Assembly (NCBI GenBank): GCA_049318005.1
Contig: JBMOHE010000005.1
Coordinates: 1-54,024 of the forward strand
Origin: Patescibacteria group bacterium
GTDB lineage: Bacteria; Patescibacteriota; Patescibacteriia; Patescibacteriales; UBA12465
Direction: 5' to 3'
DNA length: 54,024 bases
Part shown: positions 19,190 to 27,716 of the stretch, one piece after another
Numbering within the stretch: position 1 is the stretch's first letter
Layout of the letters: the number at the start of each line of letters is the position of its first letter
Translations under genes and position numbers: made by a program
The notes under the pieces: generated by a model
Database searches by the model: none
What the model was told of the DNA's origin: nothing
The model's input: only the letters and a program-made list of their open reading frames with translations

Positions 19190-20332
19190 ATGTTAAATCT
19201 TGAGCAACAACTATTTAAACAAATAGAAAAATCTAAAAATATTTTAATTATTTTTCCAGCCGATCAGGGTGGCGATGCCACTTCGTCTGCCTTGGCTTTA
19301 TTTTTATTTTTAAAAAAACTAGGTAATGAGGTTGAGCTTGTTAGCCCTTCTTCAAGTTCGAGTAAGGACAACTTCAATTTTTTGCCTGAATATAGCCAAA
19401 TTCAAAACCATCTGAACAATCTACGCCGCTTTATAGTTTCAGTTGATATAAGTGGAGCAAAAGTTAACCAAATTAAATACCAGGTTGAAAATGATACTCT
19501 TAATTTTATCATTTCGCCCTCTGAGGGCTGGTTTAAACCAGAGGATGTTAGCGCTCGCGCGGGAGAATTTAAATACGACCTTATTATTACAGTCGGCGTT
19601 AGCGAGTTAGAGGTTTTAGGAAATCTATACGATCAAAACGTTGAATTTTTTTATAAAACATCAATTATAAATATAGATAACAAGCCAAGCAACGAAGACT
19701 TTGGGCAAATTAATTTCATCGATTTAAATACGGTCGCAATTTCAGAGATGATTTTTTATCTTTTCAAAAGTTATAAAGCCGAATTAATCACCGAGGAGAT
19801 ATCTACTTGTTTGCTCGCCGGAATAATCCAGAAAACAAAAAATTTTAAGACTCCAAATCTTACCCCCAGAACATTACTAACCAGCTCTGAATTAATTTCT
19901 CTTGGCGCTAATCGTGAAGAAATTATTACTCATCTTTTCCGTTCGCGCGATATTAATACTTTAAAGCTCTGGGGAAGAATATTAAATAACCTTCGTTCTG
20001 AAAATAATGATGAATTAATTTGGTCTAAATTAAAACTGAAAGATTTTGAAGAAACAAAATCTTCTCAAGAAAGCTTATCTGACGTTGTCGATGAGTTAAT
20101 GATAAATGTTCCGAGCGCTAAACTAGTGGCCATTATTTGTGAAAATAGTTTATCCGAAACACGAGTAATAATATATTCTTTAAAAAATATTAATGCTCTC
20201 GATTTTATGTCAGCTTTTAAACCTCAGGGGAACTCTAAAATGGCCTCAATAATAATTGCTAAAGACATAGAAACCGCTAGTGCTGATATAATTCCAGAAT
20301 TAAAAAATAAACTTGAAAAAATAGCGGCTTAG
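19190..20332 (+). CDS. DHH/DHHA1 (NrnA-like) family protein with degenerate active site
   Basis: GDATSSALAL, NIDNKPSN in place of IDHH.SN, CLLAGIIQKT.NF in place of GI..DT..F, L.LWG..L. Confidence 0.75.
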   Translation: MLNLEQQLFKQIEKSKNILIIFPADQGGDATSSALALFLFLKKLGNEVELVSPSSSSSKDNFNFLPEYSQIQNHLNNLRRFIVSVDISGAKVNQIKYQVENDTLNFIISPSEGWFKPEDVSARAGEFKYDLIITVGVSELEVLGNLYDQNVEFFYKTSIINIDNKPSNEDFGQINFIDLNTVAISEMIFYLFKSYKAELITEEISTCLLAGIIQKTKNFKTPNLTPRTLLTSSELISLGANREEIITHLFRSRDINTLKLWGRILNNLRSENNDELIWSKLKLKDFEETKSSQESLSDVVDELMINVPSAKLVAIICENSLSETRVIIYSLKNINALDFMSAFKPQGNSKMASIIIAKDIETASADIIPELKNKLEKIAA

Positions 20333-20341
20333 TGGTATAAA
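20313..20341 (+). promoter_or_regulatory. Upstream tRNA promoter P1: TTGAAA-N17-TATAAA, extended TG
   Basis: ttgaaa 20313-20318; tg-g-tataaa 20333-20341. Confidence 0.55.
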
Positions 20342-20369
20342 ATAAAGCGAAACTATTAAAAGTATACGC

Positions 20370-20398
20370 TTGCAATCTTTACACGCGAATCTTATAAT
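20370..20398 (+). promoter_or_regulatory. Promoter P2: TTGCAA-N17-TATAAT abutting tRNA-Ile
   Basis: ttgcaa 20370-20375; tataat 20393-20398; the tRNA begins at 20399. Confidence 0.6.
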
Positions 20399-20472
20399 GG
20401 GCATATAGCTCAGTTGGTTAGAGCACCGCTCTTATAAAGCGGGGGTCGATGGTTCAAGTCCATCTATGCCCA
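20399..20472 (+). tRNA. tRNA-Ile(UAU), no encoded CCA
   Basis: Acceptor GGGCATA/TATGCCC-A; anticodon arm CCGCT-CTTATAA-AGCGG; TTCAAGT loop. Confidence 0.92.
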
Positions 20473-20485
20473 CAATAAAATAAAG

Positions 20486-20559
<74 letters not shown>

Positions 20560-20566
20560 CAGAAAG

Positions 20567-20600
20567 AAAAAACTTCAATTTCAAAGAAGTTTTTTTTATT
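20567..20600 (+). terminator. Terminator after the tRNA pair
   Basis: AAAAAACTTC...GAAGTTTTTTTT. Confidence 0.7.
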
Positions 20601-20654
20601 TTTGTCATTTACATTTATCGAAAAAATTGGTAAATTATAAAGAAGAATAAATAT

Positions 20655-21074
20655 ATGCTTTTCAATAAAAAAAACAATCAAGAAAATTCAGTTCAAACTG
20701 ACAATAATCAACCAGTTAATGAATGGCTGGATTATGACGATAATGATAGCGAGGGACAACTCGCGATTGATGTTTTTCAAACTGATAATAAAATTATTAT
20801 TAAATCGACTATTGCTGGCGTTAACCCAGAAGATTTAAAAATATCTCTTCATCACGATCTTCTTACTATTAAAGGACAACGATCCATAAAAGAAGAAGTA
20901 AATGAGGAGGACTACTTATATCGTGAGTGTTATTGGGGCTCTTTCTCTAGATCAATTATTTTGCCAGTCGAAGTAGACAGTAAACAAGTAGAAGCTGAGC
21001 TTGAAAGCGGAATTCTCACTATAACCTTGTACAAAACAAATTCAAGTCAAATTGAAGTAAAAGTAAGAGATTAA
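20655..21074 (+). CDS. Hsp20/alpha-crystallin small heat shock protein
   Basis: IDVFQTD, AGVNPEDL, LTIKGQR, ECYWGSFSRSIILP, GILTITL. Confidence 0.95.
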   Translation: MLFNKKNNQENSVQTDNNQPVNEWLDYDDNDSEGQLAIDVFQTDNKIIIKSTIAGVNPEDLKISLHHDLLTIKGQRSIKEEVNEEDYLYRECYWGSFSRSIILPVEVDSKQVEAELESGILTITLYKTNSSQIEVKVRD

Positions 21075-21087
21075 AAATCTACTAAAT

Positions 21088-22971
21088 ATGAAAAACAAGA
21101 AGCTGACTATAAAATCACTTATTGCGCTAGTGGTTTTTTTATTAATTATTGGTCTTAGTTTTGATTATTATAATTGGAAAAATAATTATCAAAATAGAAT
21201 ATATCCCGGAGTGAAGGTAGGCGCTATTGATTTATCTGGCAAAAACTACGAGGAAGCTCAAATTCTATTAAGCCAGGCTTCCGACAAAACAACCAATCTT
21301 GGCATTGATTTTCAATATGAAAATAAGAAAACAAAATTAGATTTAATATCTAGCCCCTCAAACCCAGACCTAAGTTATCAGGCGGTAGATTTCAATATTG
21401 ATGAAATGCTTAAACAGGCCTTTTCATATGGAAAGGACAAACTATTTATTGACTTTCTATTTTTTCAAATCTCTGGCTCAGACAACAAAAATATTAATGC
21501 TATTTACTCCCTTGATGAACAAAAGATTATAAGCCTTTTAAACGACGCCTATAAAGAACTCAACATTCCACCAGAAAACGCCTCTTTCTATGTTTCAGAA
21601 AACACTCAAAAATTAGAACTTGGCCATGAAAAAATTGGTAAAGAAATAAACTATGAATTAGTCTTTACGGATATAAGAGCAAATTTAAATAATTTCGATA
21701 GCAAAACAATAAACATAAAAACCCATTCTAAATATCCAGAAGTTAAGGCGGAGGATTTGGGAACAATAGAAAATGAGGTTAAAAAAGTAATTAATGAGTC
21801 TGGTCTAACAATAATCTATCTCGATAAGAAGACAGGAACAACTAGTGAAAAATGGCTTATAAAACCGAGCAAATTAATAACCTGGCTAAGCGTTATCAAA
21901 GACCAAGGGAAACTTCTTATTTCCTTAGACAAACAGAAAATTAAAGATTATTTAACTCTTACAGTTTCCCCAAAAGTAAACATAGAAGCGGTTCGCCCTC
22001 GCTTTGAAATAAAAAACGGAAAAGTAAGCAGCTGGCAAAGAGGTTCCGATGGGCAAGAGTTAGATCTTGAAGAAACGGCTAACAAAATTTCTAATGAGTT
22101 TTTAAGCGGCAACAAAGAAATAATTCTAATAATAAAAGAAGTGACAAGCGAGGTCATTAATCCAGACGATACATATAAGATAAAAGAGATTATCGGCACC
22201 GGTCATTCAAATTTTGTTGGCTCGCCAGTTAATCGTCGTAAGAACATTCAAGTTGGCGCTAAGGCTGTTAATGGCATGCTTTTAGCTCCAGGAGAAGAGT
22301 TTTCTTTAGTTAAGGCTCTTGGCGACGTTAGTGAACAATCGGGGTATTTTCCAGAACTAGTTATTAAAGACAATAAAACCATACCTGAGTTTGGAGGTGG
22401 ATTATGCCAAGTAGCGACCACTATTTTCCGCTCTGCACTTGCCTCAGGGCTTCCAATCACGGCCCGAAGGAACCATTCCTACCGGGTTTCATACTACGAA
22501 CCAGCGGGCACCGATGCCGCGGTATATATTCCCAACCCCGATGTTAAATTTGTAAATGACACAGCTAACTATATACTAATCCAATCTCGAATAGTAAATA
22601 ACGATATATACTTTGATTTCTGGGGGACTAAAGATGGCCGAGTTGCCAGCACGACTTACCCAACTATCTATAATATTGTTAAGCCAGCTCCGACTAAATA
22701 TGTTGAGACAACAGAGTTGGCTGTTGGGCAAAAAAAATGTACCGAAAAAGCACACAATGGGGCCGATGCCTATTTCGATTATAAGGTTACTTATCCAGCC
22801 GGAGCTAGTAGCACCTCTCCATTAGAAAAACGTTTTAGTTCTCATTATGTACCCTGGCAAGAAGTTTGTTTAATTGGCGTTGCTAAAAATATTAGCACTA
22901 GCTCATCAAGCACAAAAGAAGTTATTAAACCAAGCGCTAGTTCAAGCTCTACCACTATTCCAAAAATTTAA
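21088..22971 (+). CDS. VanW family protein with peptidoglycan-binding repeats
   Basis: N-terminal TM; IYPGVKVG; RRKNI, GEEFS, GGGLCQVATT, RRNHSYRVSYY, GTDAAVY. Confidence 0.9.
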   Translation: MKNKKLTIKSLIALVVFLLIIGLSFDYYNWKNNYQNRIYPGVKVGAIDLSGKNYEEAQILLSQASDKTTNLGIDFQYENKKTKLDLISSPSNPDLSYQAVDFNIDEMLKQAFSYGKDKLFIDFLFFQISGSDNKNINAIYSLDEQKIISLLNDAYKELNIPPENASFYVSENTQKLELGHEKIGKEINYELVFTDIRANLNNFDSKTINIKTHSKYPEVKAEDLGTIENEVKKVINESGLTIIYLDKKTGTTSEKWLIKPSKLITWLSVIKDQGKLLISLDKQKIKDYLTLTVSPKVNIEAVRPRFEIKNGKVSSWQRGSDGQELDLEETANKISNEFLSGNKEIILIIKEVTSEVINPDDTYKIKEIIGTGHSNFVGSPVNRRKNIQVGAKAVNGMLLAPGEEFSLVKALGDVSEQSGYFPELVIKDNKTIPEFGGGLCQVATTIFRSALASGLPITARRNHSYRVSYYEPAGTDAAVYIPNPDVKFVNDTANYILIQSRIVNNDIYFDFWGTKDGRVASTTYPTIYNIVKPAPTKYVETTELAVGQKKCTEKAHNGADAYFDYKVTYPAGASSTSPLEKRFSSHYVPWQEVCLIGVAKNISTSSSSTKEVIKPSASSSSTTIPKI

Positions 22972-22976
22972 GTCAT

Positions 22977-23015
22977 TAAAAAAAACACTCTAATTTCACT
23001 TAGAGTGTTTTTTTA
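22977..23015. terminator. Bidirectional terminator
   Basis: AAAAAAACACTCTAA...TTAGAGTGTTTTTT. Confidence 0.85.
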
Positions 23016-23031
23016 TATTTTAATATATTTT

Positions 23032-23787
23032 TTATTTTATAATTTCTCCTTCAATCATTTTCTCTGGCTCTTTTTTGCTTTTGTCCTTGCTCTTGAAAAC
23101 AACCATTTGCTGTAAAGCGGTTAAGGCGGTTATAACAAACCAATAAAGAGTTAGGCCACCGGGTAGCGATATACCAATAAAAATGGTGATTGCTGGCATA
23201 AAATAAAGCATCTGTTTATTCATTATTGCGGTCATGCTTTCATCCTTGGCGCCATCAGTTTTAATCGCAGGCTGCTTGGTCATCATCATTTTAGCCTGTA
23301 AAAACTGGGCTAAACCAGCCAAGACAGCTAAATATATATTCGGTTTGCTAAGATCTAAAAAACCAAAAGATATACTATTGATGACGGCCGGTCTATTTAT
23401 AAAAGAGTAGACTAAATCTAATTTATTGTTAAGCCCATCACTAAAGACCTGATAAACCGCGAAGAGAAATGGTAGTTGAATTAAAAGGGGGATACAGGAA
23501 GAAAGCGGATTAATATTACTTTCTTTATAGAGGTCCATGGTTGCGCGACTAAGCTCAACTTTATTGTCGGCATATTTCTTTTTCAATTCATCAACTCTTG
23601 GTTGAAGCTCCTGAAGTGCTTTTTGAGATTTAATAGACTGTTGTCCAAATGGCCAAAGAATTAATTTAATTATAATAGTTAAAAGAATAATTGCGACACC
23701 AAGATCCTGAAAAGATATTGTGTTATATAAAAAGACCAAAAGATTTAAAATTGGCTGATAAAAGATTGCAGTAAAAAGATTTCCCAT
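23032..23787 (-). CDS. yidC: Membrane protein insertase YidC (short form)
   Basis: GVAIILLTIIIK..LWP, QELQP, NPLSSCIPLLIQLP, GLTLYW. Confidence 0.95.
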   Translation of the reverse strand: MGNLFTAIFYQPILNLLVFLYNTISFQDLGVAIILLTIIIKLILWPFGQQSIKSQKALQELQPRVDELKKKYADNKVELSRATMDLYKESNINPLSSCIPLLIQLPFLFAVYQVFSDGLNNKLDLVYSFINRPAVINSISFGFLDLSKPNIYLAVLAGLAQFLQAKMMMTKQPAIKTDGAKDESMTAIMNKQMLYFMPAITIFIGISLPGGLTLYWFVITALTALQQMVVFKSKDKSKKEPEKMIEGEIIK

Positions 23788-23826
23788 ATATTTTATATAT
23801 CCGCTCTAGGCGTATTATTTATTAAA

Positions 23827-24084
23827 TTATTTAAGTGGGTCATTTCCTCCCTTGTTCCAAGGGTTACATCTTAAAACTCTCCACGAAGCCATCGCCCCAC
23901 CCTTTATAATACCATACTTTTCAATTGCCTGGGCCCCATATTCAGAACAACTAGGATTAAAACGGCAAAAACCATTGGGATAGAATACTTTTAAGACTCC
24001 ATGGTCAAAAGAAATCGTTTTTTGATATATTCTTATAAAGCCCAACAATAAACGTCTTGGTAAATTATATAAGAAGTTTAGCAT
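23827..24084 (-). CDS. yidD: Membrane protein insertion efficiency factor YidD
   Basis: [18 protein letters not shown]...[13 protein letters not shown]. Confidence 0.95.
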   Translation of the reverse strand: MLNFLYNLPRRLLLGFIRIYQKTISFDHGVLKVFYPNGFCRFNPSCSEYGAQAIEKYGIIKGGAMASWRVLRCNPWNKGGNDPLK

Positions 24085-24095
24085 ATTCAGATTGT

Positions 24096-24440
24096 TTAGT
24101 TTTTATATAGGTTTAACTTTTTAAAGCCAAGTCTTAAAGACTTTTCGATGCTCTCATAACTACTATTTATAATTTCCGGGAGAGTAACAATTATTATATC
24201 CTTTCCGTCCTTAATTAATGGTATATTTTCTCTAATAATAGCCCTAATCTGTCTTTTAATTTTATTTCTGGCCACCGCCTTCTTACTAACCTTAAGCCCG
24301 ACCAAAATCCCAAATCTAGTCTTTTCTCGGTCATTTTCGACTAATTTAATACCTAATTCCTTAGCATAAAAAGAATGGCCTGTTTTAAAAACTCGGTCAA
24401 ACTCTTTATTAAGGCATATTCGATTATTTTTCTCTAGCAT
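24096..24440 (-). CDS. rnpA: Ribonuclease P protein component
   Basis: [25 protein letters not shown] motif; position between rpmH and yidD. Confidence 0.95.
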   Translation of the reverse strand: MLEKNNRICLNKEFDRVFKTGHSFYAKELGIKLVENDREKTRFGILVGLKVSKKAVARNKIKRQIRAIIRENIPLIKDGKDIIIVTLPEIINSSYESIEKSLRLGFKKLNLYKN

Positions 24441-24455
24441 GAAAGCCGCTTTACT

Positions 24456-24593
24456 CTATTTTGAAAGCTTTTTACGACCTTTATCACGGCGTCTCTTAAG
24501 CACTACACGACCAGCTGCAGTCAGCATTCTCTTTAGAAATCCATGTTTTTTACTAGCCCGACGTTTATTCGGTTGATAGGTTCTCTTCGGCAT
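24456..24593 (-). CDS. rpmH: 50S ribosomal protein L34
   Basis: [23 protein letters not shown]...GRKKL; start moved to ATG 24593. Confidence 0.96.
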   Translation of the reverse strand: MPKRTYQPNKRRASKKHGFLKRMLTAAGRVVLKRRRDKGRKKLSK

Positions 24594-24641
24594 AAGTAAG
24601 ATATAACTTAAATAATTGATATCGTTTCTATAAGATAACAC

Positions 24642-24810
24642 CTTTATTTGTTAAAGTCAATCAAGCTATTTAGACCCTTATTTAACTTATCCACCTTTTA
24701 TTAACATATTTTTAACACTGCGCCTGCTTGTTATTAGCGCCAGCATCTAATATAATTATGTTGATACAAACATAAAGATTTGTTGTCCAAATTATTTGTT
24801 ACTAATTTTC
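24642..24810. other. Origin-associated region upstream of dnaA with DnaA-box-like sites
   Basis: TTATCCACC 24687-24695, TTATTAACA 24698-24706. Confidence 0.6.
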
Positions 24811-24816
24811 ATGCTT

Positions 24817-26247
24817 ATGAACAACGAGCAAGTTTGGCAGGCCGTATTAGGAGAAATTGAAGTAAGTTTATCAAGAGCAAACTTCGTTACCTGGTTTAAG
24901 GATACTTTTATATCTTCATTTGAGAATGAAAGGGTTGTTATTTGTGTGCCAAACGCTTTTGTTAAAAAATGGCTTGAGGAAAAATATCATAAAAATACTC
25001 TTAGCGCGATTGAAAATGTAACCAAGCAGAAAATAAAGGAAATTATTTATAAGATTGAATTAAAAAAGGGAAATACTGTAAGTTTCCAAATAAACAGTCC
25101 CGAAGAAAAAACAGAAGAACCTCAAAATTCAAGCAATTCTTTTCCTGCCAATATCCCATCTCACGCAACCCCTCAAAATAATAATCAAAACAACAACTCA
25201 ATCGGAAACGTTGTCGGCAAACACGGCTTAAATCCAAGATACGTCTTTGAAAACTTTGTAGTTGGGAAAGGTAATGAGCTTGCTCACGCTGCCTGCTTAG
25301 CTATTGTTAATAATTTAGGAAAGGCTTATAACCCCTTGTTCATATATGGTGGCGTTGGTTTAGGTAAGACCCACCTTCTTCAAGCAATTGGCAATGAGGT
25401 AGCAAAAAAAAGTGACAAAATTCTTTATACAACCAGTGAAAAGTTTACCAACAATTATATTCAAGCGGTCACAACCGGAAAAGCCAAAGAATTTAAAAAC
25501 TTATATCGAAATGTTGATTTATTGCTTGTTGATGATGTTCAGTTTATGGGCGGCAAAGACGGGACTCAAGAAGAATTTTTTCATACCTTTAATGAGCTAC
25601 TTCAAAATGACAAACAGATTGTTTTAACTTCCGATAGAGCCCCAAAATCAATACCAGCGATTGAAAAACGTTTGGTTTCTAGATTTGAGGCGGGCATGGT
25701 GGCTGATGTGGGAAAACCAGATATTGAGACGAAGATTGCTATTTTAGAGAACAAGGCGTTTGAAAAGGGTTGTCCATTAGACAGAGAAATGCTTACCTAT
25801 ATAGCTGATCATGTTCAAAATAATATTAGAGAACTTGAGGGAGCGTTAATAAAAGTAATTGCCTTTCATCAATTCAAAGGCATTGAACCCTCAATTAAAA
25901 CCATTAAAGATGTTTTGGGTGATTATATTTCAAATATTCAAACAAAATCACTAACCCCAAAAGAAATTATTGAAGCTGTGGCTAAATTTTATAATATTAC
26001 TTATAAAGAAATAATTAGTATTAGTCGTAAGAAGGAATTGGTTTGGCCTCGTCAGATTTCCATCTATTTAATTAGAGAGGAGCTCAATACCTCGTACCCA
26101 ACAATTGGTAACGAACTTGGTGGACGAGACCATACAACCGCCATGCATGCTTATAATAAAATTTATCAAGAAGTAAAAGAGAAGGGTAATGAAAAAATAA
26201 AACAAGAAATTGAGTCCATTCGCCAACTCTTTGGTCACGGTTATTAA
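24817..26247 (+). CDS. dnaA: Chromosomal replication initiator DnaA
   Basis: F..FVVG.GNELA, YNPLFIYGGVGLGKTHL, DDVQF, ELEGAL, GRDHTT; start ATG 24817 (or 24811). Confidence 0.98.
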   Translation: MNNEQVWQAVLGEIEVSLSRANFVTWFKDTFISSFENERVVICVPNAFVKKWLEEKYHKNTLSAIENVTKQKIKEIIYKIELKKGNTVSFQINSPEEKTEEPQNSSNSFPANIPSHATPQNNNQNNNSIGNVVGKHGLNPRYVFENFVVGKGNELAHAACLAIVNNLGKAYNPLFIYGGVGLGKTHLLQAIGNEVAKKSDKILYTTSEKFTNNYIQAVTTGKAKEFKNLYRNVDLLLVDDVQFMGGKDGTQEEFFHTFNELLQNDKQIVLTSDRAPKSIPAIEKRLVSRFEAGMVADVGKPDIETKIAILENKAFEKGCPLDREMLTYIADHVQNNIRELEGALIKVIAFHQFKGIEPSIKTIKDVLGDYISNIQTKSLTPKEIIEAVAKFYNITYKEIISISRKKELVWPRQISIYLIREELNTSYPTIGNELGGRDHTTAMHAYNKIYQEVKEKGNEKIKQEIESIRQLFGHGY

Positions 26248-26526
26248 CAGATCTTAGAAATTTTTGTGGATTACTTTGTGTAAAACTTATTTATAAAAGA
26301 CTGATAAGAAATAATAAGTTGTTAACAAATAGACCCAAAGCTTAGTTCTTCACAAACCACGAAAATTTATGCCCCATTCATTGACCGAGTTTTAAACAAG
26401 AAAATACTAAAATTCCTCAACAAAAAAGCCAAAAAGAGCAAATTTACAAAGTTATCCAGTCCCTTATTATTGTTATTATATATTTATATATAAATTAATA
26501 TATAATAGACAATTAAATTAAAAAAT
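26248..26526. other. oriC (dnaA-dnaN intergenic): DnaA boxes and AT-rich unwinding element
   Basis: TGTGGATTA 26265-26273, TGTGTAAAA 26277-26285, TTCTTCACA 26346-26354, TTATCCAGT 26452-26460, then an AT-rich tract. Confidence 0.8.
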
Positions 26527-27651
26527 ATGAAGTTCATCAGTCTTCAAGAAAATTTAAAAAGAGGTTTAAACATTGTCGGGCACTTAAGTTCGAAGAATGT
26601 TAATTTACCAATTTTAAATAACATATTAATTAAGGCAGAAAATGGTAACATCGAACTGGTTAGCACAAACCTAGAAATAGGCATTACTCATCAAGTAAGA
26701 GGCAAAGTAGATATAGATGGGCAATTCACAGTGGAATCAAAAATAATAAGTGAGTATGCAAATTTATTAAGTGGAGGCGAGAAGGTTAAGATTGAATTGG
26801 TTGGAAATGAACTTTGTGTTGAGTGTGGAAATTATAAAACAAAAATAAAAGGAGAAGATGCTAAGGAGTTTCCTTTAATTCCAACTATACCAAGGGATGA
26901 TTTTTACAGTTGCAAGATAGATGATTTAAAGAAAGCTTTGCTTAGTGTGGTTTTTTCTGTTTCAAATAGTGAAAACAGAGTTGAATTAACTGGAGTATTA
27001 TTTTCATTTATTGAGGGAAAGCTTAGTTTGGCCGCGACTGATAGTTACCGCCTAGCAGAGAGTGAGGTTATTTTAAAAACAAGCGGAATAAAGACCGAAC
27101 AAAAAATAATTGTTCCCTCTAAAACAGTTCAAGAACTTTTAAGGGTTTTAAATAGTAGTGAATTCGGAGAAAAAAATACCGAGAATGAAATAAACATTTA
27201 TTTATCAGAAAACCAGATTCTTTTTACATTTGATTCAGTAGAGCTTATTTCAAGACTGATTAATGGGCACTACCCTGACTATAAGCAAATTATCCCAGCT
27301 AGTAGCCAGACTACTGTATTAATAGAAAGGAATGAAGTTACAAGAGCGGTTAAGGCAGCGGCACTTTTTTCTAAAACAGGAATAAATGACATAACTCTGT
27401 TATTTTCAAAATCAAAAATTATAGTTTCTTCCTTTTCAGGGGCTAGTGGCGAAAGTCAGATTGAATTAGAAGCCGATGTTAAGGGGATTGATAATGAAGT
27501 AACTATAAATTATAGATATTTATTAGATGGTTTAAATAATATTGAGGGAGACATGGTTCAATTTGAAATTTTAAACAATACAACGCCTTGTGTTATTAAA
27601 CCAGAGAAAAATAATAATTATCTTTATATTATTATGCCAATAAGACAATAG
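26527..27651 (+). CDS. dnaN: DNA polymerase III beta clamp
   Basis: LPILNNILI, STNLEIGI, ATDSYRLA, SRLING.YPDYKQIIP, YIIMPIR. Confidence 0.97.
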   Translation: MKFISLQENLKRGLNIVGHLSSKNVNLPILNNILIKAENGNIELVSTNLEIGITHQVRGKVDIDGQFTVESKIISEYANLLSGGEKVKIELVGNELCVECGNYKTKIKGEDAKEFPLIPTIPRDDFYSCKIDDLKKALLSVVFSVSNSENRVELTGVLFSFIEGKLSLAATDSYRLAESEVILKTSGIKTEQKIIVPSKTVQELLRVLNSSEFGEKNTENEINIYLSENQILFTFDSVELISRLINGHYPDYKQIIPASSQTTVLIERNEVTRAVKAAALFSKTGINDITLLFSKSKIIVSSFSGASGESQIELEADVKGIDNEVTINYRYLLDGLNNIEGDMVQFEILNNTTPCVIKPEKNNNYLYIIMPIRQ

Positions 27652-27673
27652 TAAATAACTCAAATACTAAACA

Positions 27674-27702
27674 AAAAACACCCCCTGAGGGGTGTTTTTT
27701 AA
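27674..27702. terminator. Bidirectional terminator
   Basis: AAAAAAACACCCC-CTGA-GGGGTGTTTTTT. Confidence 0.85.
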
Positions 27703-27716
27703 AATGCTTTTTAAGT

